Source: a virus
Strand: one strand, 5' to 3'
Length of the DNA: 64,000 nucleotides
Virus record (IMG/VR): IMGVR_UViG_3300040802_000094
Coordinates: 1 to 64,000 of that record
A program made the position numbers and the translations under genes. Below the pieces are notes generated by a model. That model worked only from the letters and a program-made list of their open reading frames with translations. It was not told the origin of the DNA and ran no database searches. This document shows, piece by piece, positions 57,821-64,000 of the stretch (the first letter of the stretch is position 1; the number at the start of each line of letters is the position of its first letter).

Positions 57821-59047
57821 CTAACGGGCAACTACCCTCAAAGATCCTTGGACTTCGAGAAGGGCATACGGGGGAATTTCTATTTCGCTTAAAGGCTTTT
57901 GGGTCTCGGAGTGCTTGAGAGACATCTGCGGAACGCTGTAAATACCTTCCGCTTTTTCGAGTGCCGTCGCCAAAGTTTTCTCAAACCCCCGATCGCCCCA
58001 AATTCCGTGAGGGGGATTGACTCCGGACTGAATCGCCCTGGCAACGAGATTGAAGGCTTCCCGATTCGGATCGATCCCGAAAGGCTGGCGGACGAGGCCG
58101 ACCTCGACGACCCCATTGATGGGAACGATCTCGGCCTGTCGGACGCGCAAAATATGGCCGCAGGGGCTGAGGTCGGCAAGCTGCTGGCGGATTTCGCTAA
58201 GGATGGGGGAGTCCTCCGATACTCCCGGGAACCAAACGGCGATCGTCACCCCCGGGGCAACATGCCCGGGGAGTCCGTAACTGCTAGTCAAAATCAACGT
58301 TTTTTGGCTTCCCATTGCCCGAGCGGCTTCGTAGTAGTCGGAAGGCGTCACCAGTCGCCCGAAAGGACGGTTCTCACGATCGCGTGCGTTCCCCCTCCTC
58401 AGTCCGTCCCTGGCTCGTTCGACGACTTCGATCAGTGTCTCTACGGGGCGCCCCGGAGAAATCACCTTGCCGTCGTTGTAGATCTGAGCGAGATAGGGAA
58501 TGAATGGAGCGTCGGAAATTTCGCCGACTCTGATTTTGGAGACGAGGCGAGGGTCTCCCGCGAACCTGGCGGCAACTGTCGCCGATTCATCCGACCCCTC
58601 AATCGTTACGTCGGAAAGCGTGTAACAAAATATGGACGGATCGACGATCGATCGCACTTGAGTATGGATCGGAACTTCGAGGGGGAGACGCCGCGCGATC
58701 GCTTCCCGCGATCGTTTGACGACCAAGTTGAGGATCGGAGACTCGGCAGGGTTACGCTCGACCCCTAGCAATCTCAAGTGTCCGACCAGATTGGCGTCGG
58801 GGAGAAGATTGAGTTCCTGCCCGAAGTACCCTAGATGTCGGACGAAAATGGAGGCCAGCACCGCATGGGCGGACGTCGGAGTCAGGGAAGAGAAAGGACT
58901 AGGACTCCCATCCGGCAAGGGCTTGGCCGCAGCGACCAGAAAGCGCTTCAGCATTTCTTGCTCGTCTACCGCCCACAGCTCGGGAGACTCGATCAATCGA
59001 GTTTGGGTTTCGAGCCATTCCATCAACTGGTAAAAATCCTCGTACAT
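57821..59047 (-). CDS. Baseplate J-like wedge protein
   Basis: ELNLLPD...LRLLGVERNPA...PVETLIEVVERAR...RLVTPSDYY; follows gp25-like gene. Confidence 0.8.
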   Translation of the reverse strand: MYEDFYQLMEWLETQTRLIESPELWAVDEQEMLKRFLVAAAKPLPDGSPSPFSSLTPTSAHAVLASIFVRHLGYFGQELNLLPDANLVGHLRLLGVERNPAESPILNLVVKRSREAIARRLPLEVPIHTQVRSIVDPSIFCYTLSDVTIEGSDESATVAARFAGDPRLVSKIRVGEISDAPFIPYLAQIYNDGKVISPGRPVETLIEVVERARDGLRRGNARDRENRPFGRLVTPSDYYEAARAMGSQKTLILTSSYGLPGHVAPGVTIAVWFPGVSEDSPILSEIRQQLADLSPCGHILRVRQAEIVPINGVVEVGLVRQPFGIDPNREAFNLVARAIQSGVNPPHGIWGDRGFEKTLATALEKAEGIYSVPQMSLKHSETQKPLSEIEIPPYALLEVQGSLRVVAR

Positions 59048-59562
59048 CAGAAAAGAGGCTCCCGGTTCAATTCAACGGTAAGAAAAAAGTCGTTCAACAG
59101 GGAAGTGTCGGCAAGCCCTTCAACGTAAGAAGACCAGCTAAACAGCAGGTTCTGCCGTCCGATCGCGGAATATTTCGCAATATCTCGATCTTTCCCGCCG
59201 GGGGCGATCGTCTTGGGAACGAAATCAATTTCGGCGATCAATTGATTTTCGGCGTCGAGGCGATCGTGGGGGATTTCCACCGTCAGGCTCTCGATCCCGA
59301 CCACCCACTGAAGAATTTCTCTTTGCGCATTGTACGCCCAATACTGGGCTTCGCTCCGACTCAGGGGATCGAACAGTTCCGGAGCGATACCCAGGGCGTA
59401 GTGCGGCACCTCTCCGGGCTGGATGAGTAAGACGCTGATAATATCGTGAGCGATCTTTCTCTCTCCCGCGACTAAATTGAGGTGGCCGCGATCGTCGTAA
59501 GGAGGCCAAAAGCTCAACCCCCGACCGAGGTATTCGAGTCCCAAATTCATGGGTGAATTCAA
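59047..59562 (-). CDS. Baseplate wedge gp25/gpW-like protein
   Basis: LGRGLSF...IAHDIISVLLIQPGEVP...LGI...ELFDP; start uncertain (ORF track 59580, alternative ATG at 59550). Confidence 0.75.
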   Translation of the reverse strand: MNSPMNLGLEYLGRGLSFWPPYDDRGHLNLVAGERKIAHDIISVLLIQPGEVPHYALGIAPELFDPLSRSEAQYWAYNAQREILQWVVGIESLTVEIPHDRLDAENQLIAEIDFVPKTIAPGGKDRDIAKYSAIGRQNLLFSWSSYVEGLADTSLLNDFFLTVELNREPLF

Positions 59563-59640
59563 AATGAACGACGCCCACATTTTATCTCCTCACATGCAGG
59601 AATAAAGAAAGCCCCGGCTAAATACTGCCGGGGCTTTTTT

Positions 59641-60114
59641 TTATTTGATGCGGACAAACTTAAATTTATGATGCCTCCACTCTGGATAGGCTTTCATCAT
59701 TTCGGACAGAAAAGTCAACGCGACAGGCACTGATTTTAGCCTGACAATTTGGAATTTAAATCGGTTGAAATCTTGAGTCTTCCAACTGTAAACCGGAAGA
59801 GACGTCCCCAACAATTGCTTTTGAAGATCTTTTGCTTCGACCAAATACAACAACCTTCGATCTTTGCCGTAAACCGCGATCGCCACTTCGCTCGTCCAAC
59901 GTTTTTGAGCATTATTGAACTCCCCGTAATTCAGAGTGATGTCAAAGGGGAGGGCGGTAAGCCCATCGGAAACGTAATACGCTCCTCCTAAGTAGAAGAC
60001 GGAGCCGATTTCCGAGTAGGCAACGATCGCCCGAGGTGAGTCGTGAAACCGAATCTGTTTTGCACCCATTTTCCCTAGAAAGGAGGATAAGCTTTCCTTG
60101 ATTTCAAAGTTCAT
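59641..60114 (-). CDS. Hypothetical protein
   Basis: ATG at 60114 after GAGGA; hairpin after the stop. Confidence 0.6.
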   Translation of the reverse strand: MNFEIKESLSSFLGKMGAKQIRFHDSPRAIVAYSEIGSVFYLGGAYYVSDGLTALPFDITLNYGEFNNAQKRWTSEVAIAVYGKDRRLLYLVEAKDLQKQLLGTSLPVYSWKTQDFNRFKFQIVRLKSVPVALTFLSEMMKAYPEWRHHKFKFVRIK

Positions 60115-60177
60115 CCGATCGTCCTCAAGTAAAACCAAAATTACTTTACAAGTAGCTATACAAGACAGCAAATACTG

Positions 60178-60217
60178 TTGACGTTATACATCATCAAGAA
60201 ATATAATAAAGGTGTAG
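60178..60217 (+). promoter_or_regulatory. Sigma70-type promoter
   Basis: TTGACG-18-TATAAT(60202)-N4-GTGTAG, same architecture as 7050 and 7433. Confidence 0.75.
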
Positions 60218-60237
60218 TTAAAGGAAGAAAATAAAAT

Positions 60238-60459
60238 ATGCTACAGCAGATCGTGCTTCAACTCCCCGGGGAACTCCTCGGGGAGTTAGCCGCAGCCACA
60301 GTTATGTGGTTAGTTTTGTCTGGTTTTCGGGAGATCCGAAAACCAGACAAAACTAAGGAGAAGGAGATCGATGCCCTGGCCTTCCTCAGACAAGTGACAT
60401 TGTCCGAGGAAGACCAAAAAATTCTCCGCCAAATGGCGGAGAAATATAAAAAAGACTAA
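60238..60459 (+). CDS. Small single-TM protein
   Basis: 73 aa with its own promoter and terminator. Confidence 0.7.
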   Translation: MLQQIVLQLPGELLGELAAATVMWLVLSGFREIRKPDKTKEKEIDALAFLRQVTLSEEDQKILRQMAEKYKKD

Positions 60460-60513
60460 AAGGAAGAAGCCCCGGATAGAGTGTGTATCTATCCGGGGCT
60501 TCTTCCTTTTAGT
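60455..60513. terminator. Bidirectional terminator with 26-bp perfect arms containing both stop codons
   Basis: actaaaaggaagaagccccggataga-gtgtgta-tctatccggggcttcttccttttagt. Confidence 0.85.
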
Positions 60514-60796
60514 ATGAAATACAGGCGATCGCGCGATCGCGAATCAGAATCTCAAAATCCTCTTGAGATTCTATCTTTAGACCGTCTATTGCTTCCGCCA
60601 TAAAATAGATCGTCTTCCTTTCGGGAAACCAATCCATTCTGACCAATAACTCATCCGTTATCGGATCGATAGTTTTCGAGATTTTTACGAAAACCCCGAA
60701 AGCTCTCAAATGGCTTTCTAGTTCGGAGAAAGCTTTTTGCATTTCTCCTTCTAGCAAATAAAGAGCGGAGATTTTCTCCGCCAAAGAGACTTCCAT
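60509..60796 (-). CDS. Hypothetical protein
   Basis: 95 aa; upstream TAATCT-N4-ATGTAGTTAAGG. Confidence 0.7.
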   Translation of the reverse strand: MEVSLAEKISALYLLEGEMQKAFSELESHLRAFGVFVKISKTIDPITDELLVRMDWFPERKTIYFMAEAIDGLKIESQEDFEILIRDRAIACISY

Positions 60797-60892
60797 GATG
60801 TATTTTCCTTAACTACATTTATAGATTACAAAACAAAATATCTTTTACATAAAAAAAGGGAAGGCGTGAAATCGTATCACGCCTTCCCTTTT

Positions 60893-61147
60893 TTAGGTTT
60901 CTACCTCAGCTCGACATTCCCTAAGCAGTGACACGAGTCGGATATAATTCTCCTCCTCGTCGTCGCAGAGAGGAACACAGCTCTGGCGATCGAGAAGCAT
61001 CGCCAGATCGCAGGTAAAGAGATCTCCTCCCCCCAAAGAGATGACAATCACGTCATCTCTTTGGGGAGGGATAAAACATTCCGTTTCACCCAAAATGACG
61101 TCCAGGAATGCCTTGATTTTGTCAATCATTTGTTTACAATCGCTCAA
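60893..61147 (-). CDS. Hypothetical protein
   Basis: 84 aa, followed by a hairpin at 60851..60893. Confidence 0.55.
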   Translation of the reverse strand: MSDCKQMIDKIKAFLDVILGETECFIPPQRDDVIVISLGGGDLFTCDLAMLLDRQSCVPLCDDEEENYIRLVSLLRECRAEVET

Positions 61148-61173
61148 CTTTTAACTATCAAAAGAATAACAGC

Positions 61174-61821
61174 ATGATACTTTTTCGGAAAAAAAAGAGT
61201 ACCGCAGTACATTATTTAAAACAGGAGAAGCGTATGTATAAGCATCAATACATCAATTTTGACAATGGTGGAGAAATGCATTCCCTGCCCTTTTGCGGGG
61301 AGTTCGATCGAACTGCAAAAACAATCGTAGTGCAAGGGAATCCCCCCTTGCTTTACTTCAGACTTCGAGCCGTTTTTGACGGTGAAGAATGGATCGTAAC
61401 GGAGAGTACCCTCCGTTTCTTGGCGAAAGAAATGCAAGGTTTTCACTCGATCGCCCTAAGCAAAGAAGCACCACCAAAAGCTTCTTTCTTGAAAGCACAA
61501 TTGGACATGCTTTCTGAGGGTACCGTAAATGGCTGGGTGCCTCAGAGCGTTCCTCCGGGGCTTCCAGAAAAACTGGAAAAGCTTCCACTCAGGGAAGGCT
61601 ACCTGTGGACGAGAGGGAAAATCCCAAAGAGCTTTCGCTTTAGAGCGGGGGAGAAGAGAAAAATAGTTCTAGCCCCCCCAGGAACTTATGTGGCGATCGT
61701 TCATACCCCGAAGGATCCCCTGGTTCCGTCGGGAGTGGCCTTCTACTGTAGGGAGTACTGCAGACCGGAGACATGGAGAGTTGCTCCCATGTCTCGGCAC
61801 TACATGTGGAAATACATGTAA
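61174..61821 (+). CDS. Hypothetical protein
   Basis: 215-aa ORF (possible start 61234 after AGGAG), followed by a hairpin at about 61843..61880. Confidence 0.6.
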   Translation: MILFRKKKSTAVHYLKQEKRMYKHQYINFDNGGEMHSLPFCGEFDRTAKTIVVQGNPPLLYFRLRAVFDGEEWIVTESTLRFLAKEMQGFHSIALSKEAPPKASFLKAQLDMLSEGTVNGWVPQSVPPGLPEKLEKLPLREGYLWTRGKIPKSFRFRAGEKRKIVLAPPGTYVAIVHTPKDPLVPSGVAFYCREYCRPETWRVAPMSRHYMWKYM

Positions 61822-61901
61822 TGTGGGGACTCCTTAAATAATAAAAAAGCGACGTCATATTTACATGACGTCGCTTTTTTGTTGGCTATTGTTGGTTTTT
61901 G

Positions 61902-63707
61902 CTAGCTAGCAAAAGTTCCTTCCTTCGCCGACTTGAGGGCGAAAATCATCTTTTGCTCGTTAGGGGTCAAACCCTCCCATATCGCCTTTTTGATTTCATC
62001 CACGATCGCCCCCTGGCGATTGCCGACGATCGACTCGACATGGTGGACGACTTCCTCGTAAAGGGGGTGAGACTGACTTAATAAGCGAGAAAGATCCAGG
62101 ATCTCCTGCTGGTAAGTCTTGACGTCTTCATTCCCAAAATAGCGTTCGTATTCGACCCACTTTTGGAAGGCTGTCGTTTCTCGTTTGTAGCCGATCGCCT
62201 GACACAAAAATCGAAAGTCTCCGAGAGACAGGCGAAACCTAGGATCGCTCGACCGCCTGTCGATCAGTCGATAGAAAATCCAGTTCGACTGATACCCTCG
62301 TTGCTTCGCTTCGTGCAACAGATCCAGAGCGTAAGAGAGATACGGGCGTTTCGGGATTGCCTCCCCGCGTCGCGGGACGACGACGGGGGATAGAGAGATG
62401 CGCTGACGATCGCGCCGCAACTCTCGCAAGAAAGAAGCGGGAAGGATTTTTCCTTCTCCTGAAGGAGGAGACTTCTTTCTGGGAGGGGAGACGGGAACCA
62501 TGGTGCCGCACTCGGGACACTCAGCCAGTAACCTTTGGCGATCTTCTGGCGTCGGAACGATCGCGTACCCGCACTCGGGGCATTGGAGCGCCCGGCGCGA
62601 TTTATTCTTAGGCTGACCTTTGAGACTCCAGGATTCAACATCTTGCGGCCAGGGTAAGGTACTAAACGTCCTGGTGAAATCGACGACGACTAAGTGATCC
62701 TTCCCCTGCCAAGGGCGAAGCCCGCGCCCGAGAAGCTGGTGGGCAATTCGGAGCGACTTTGTCGGACGACAACACAGAATCGCGTCGATCCAGGGGATAT
62801 CGAGTCCTTCTACGGCAATTTCGTATTGGAATAAAACTTGAATCTCTCCATCGCGAAATTGCTGCAAAGTATTATGACGATCGTCTTTTGGGGTCGATCC
62901 ATCCAAATGGGCGGCAGCGATCCCTTTCGAGACGAATAAGTCGGTCAAGGATCGGCTGTGTTCGACCCCTGCTGCAAAAACCAGGGTTCGACGATCGCTA
63001 CAGTACTGCTGCCAGCCCGCAAAAACCTCTTCGTCTTGGAGGTGCGATCGGACAAAATCCTGTAGCATGGCCTGACTGTAATCAGCCCCGGAACCTCGTT
63101 TGTCCGGATCGGGAATCAGATCCCGGGAGACGAATACCTTGAAAGGACAAAGAAACCCCTGAGATTTCAGTTCCTCGAAGGAAGGTCCCTGAATTAGCTC
63201 CTGATATCCTTCGACTCCTCCAGACAAAAGATCCAGCCCCTCACCATCCGTGCGACACGGCGTAGCCGTAACGCCGAGGATTCGACTGTAGGGGTATTCG
63301 AGGAAGATCCTCGCGTACTGCCCGGCAAAGGTGCGATGGGCTTCGTCGATGACAATCAGACCGACCTTCGGTAGAGATCCGTTTCTGAAATAGCCTTGCA
63401 GCGTACCGACGGAAACTACCTGAATCGGCGCCTCCAAATTTGGCTTGATGCCGCTTTTGATCACTCCAATCTCGGTTCCTTCGGGGAGGAAGGCTTGGAG
63501 TTTGTCGTGAGCCTGCTGGATCAATTCCTCTCGGTGGGCGACGATCGCGATCCTTTCTCCCGCTTCGTAGGCGATTCGACAAACCTCGGAAAGGATTACA
63601 GTCTTTCCGCCCCCGGTGTAAAGCTGGACGAGTACGTTCTTGATTCCCCTGTTCCAGGAATCTAGGATTTTCTCGACCAAATCGACTTGGTAATCTCTTA
63701 ATTTCAT
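61902..63707 (-). CDS. SF2 DEAH-box helicase with zinc ribbon (phage RadD/YejH-like)
   Basis: LRDYQ, TGGGKT, IDEAH, GVTATP, EGLDIP, QLLGRGLR, CPEC...CPEC. Confidence 0.93.
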   Translation of the reverse strand: MKLRDYQVDLVEKILDSWNRGIKNVLVQLYTGGGKTVILSEVCRIAYEAGERIAIVAHREELIQQAHDKLQAFLPEGTEIGVIKSGIKPNLEAPIQVVSVGTLQGYFRNGSLPKVGLIVIDEAHRTFAGQYARIFLEYPYSRILGVTATPCRTDGEGLDLLSGGVEGYQELIQGPSFEELKSQGFLCPFKVFVSRDLIPDPDKRGSGADYSQAMLQDFVRSHLQDEEVFAGWQQYCSDRRTLVFAAGVEHSRSLTDLFVSKGIAAAHLDGSTPKDDRHNTLQQFRDGEIQVLFQYEIAVEGLDIPWIDAILCCRPTKSLRIAHQLLGRGLRPWQGKDHLVVVDFTRTFSTLPWPQDVESWSLKGQPKNKSRRALQCPECGYAIVPTPEDRQRLLAECPECGTMVPVSPPRKKSPPSGEGKILPASFLRELRRDRQRISLSPVVVPRRGEAIPKRPYLSYALDLLHEAKQRGYQSNWIFYRLIDRRSSDPRFRLSLGDFRFLCQAIGYKRETTAFQKWVEYERYFGNEDVKTYQQEILDLSRLLSQSHPLYEEVVHHVESIVGNRQGAIVDEIKKAIWEGLTPNEQKMIFALKSAKEGTFAS

Positions 63708-63763
63708 CTAAGGCTCTCCTTTTCAAACGAGATCATTATCGGCCATGCCTACTCGAATCAAAA

Positions 63764-63787
63764 ATAATTGCAGACGTCTGCAATTAT
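63764..63787. promoter_or_regulatory. Palindrome AATTGCAGACGTCTGCAATT (copy 3)
   Basis: ataattgcagac|gtctgcaattat upstream of the helicase. Confidence 0.75.
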
Positions 63788-64000
63788 GTTGACTTTTTAG
63801 TCAAGCCCAGGGGGATCTTATCTGAGGAGAGCGGGTGGGAAGAGGCCAGCCAGGAGAGGGGATGCTCTCGGTTCTCGGGTCTCCCCTTTCGCTTACCTCC
63901 CCTCTTTCCTTGCTCGCCTGATCGCGCGTGCGCGTACACACATGGATTTAGATTTTTGTTAAAGAGATTTGATATTGACCAAAATTGTGCAATGGATTGC

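Larger units (their letters stand above)
1..64000. mobile_element. Segment of a large temperate cyanophage, prophage or phage-plasmid with contractile tail; boundaries lie outside the window
   Basis: Capsid, protease-scaffold, connector, baseplate gp25/J/I-like and fibre genes are spread across the window; no host housekeeping genes; dense HIP1 (GCGATCGC) indicates a cyanobacterial host. No integrase, terminase, portal or sheath recognised here. Confidence 0.85.

Noticed and set aside
12100-59580. Extracellular contractile injection system rather than phage
   Set aside because: A major capsid, prohead protease-scaffold and head-tail connectors are present, along with a helicase and methyltransferase.
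63820-63945. Purine-rich then pyrimidine-rich tract as a possible origin or structured RNA
   Set aside because: Complementarity is imperfect and the context is cut by the window edge.
1-64000. tRNA, rRNA, integrase/att sites, IS transposases
   Set aside because: None recognised by eye; a covariance-model scan would be needed to exclude tRNAs.

Overview
The whole window reads as part of a large temperate cyanophage or phage-plasmid with a contractile (myovirus-type) tail, resident in a cyanobacterium: the HIP1 octamer GCGATCGC saturates almost all genes. It holds a head module (protease-scaffold, major capsid, head-tail connectors), scattered baseplate genes (gp25-like, J, I, tube initiator, hub fused to an M15 peptidase), several fibre, propeller and beta-helix receptor-binding proteins, a C39-like putative endolysin, a holin-like protein, a C5 methyltransferase, an SF2 helicase, a secreted NucA-type nuclease, solo DndB/DGQHR and DUF262 genes, and an intact group II intron. 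Two candidate novel systems stand out. (1) A light-sensing two-component cassette directly behind the putative endolysin: a DXCF cyanobacteriochrome PAS-GAF-PAS-PAS histidine kinase, an Rcp1-like receiver, and a receiver fused to a coiled coil and a membrane segment. It may give light control of lysis or late development. (2) Seven modular proteins that share a helical leader ending in the same [ILV]-x-A-[AS] motif repeated in the scaffold and capsid, followed by an RDxSG[RK]F or GG[RQ][FW]K motif. These are probable head-packaged effectors; three end in HExxH metallopeptidases and two of those are frameshifted. Also seen: a thrice-repeated parS-like palindrome, a candidate pseudoknot-repeat sRNA, and unusually long hairpins. 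All annotations come from motif recognition by eye; no searches were run.
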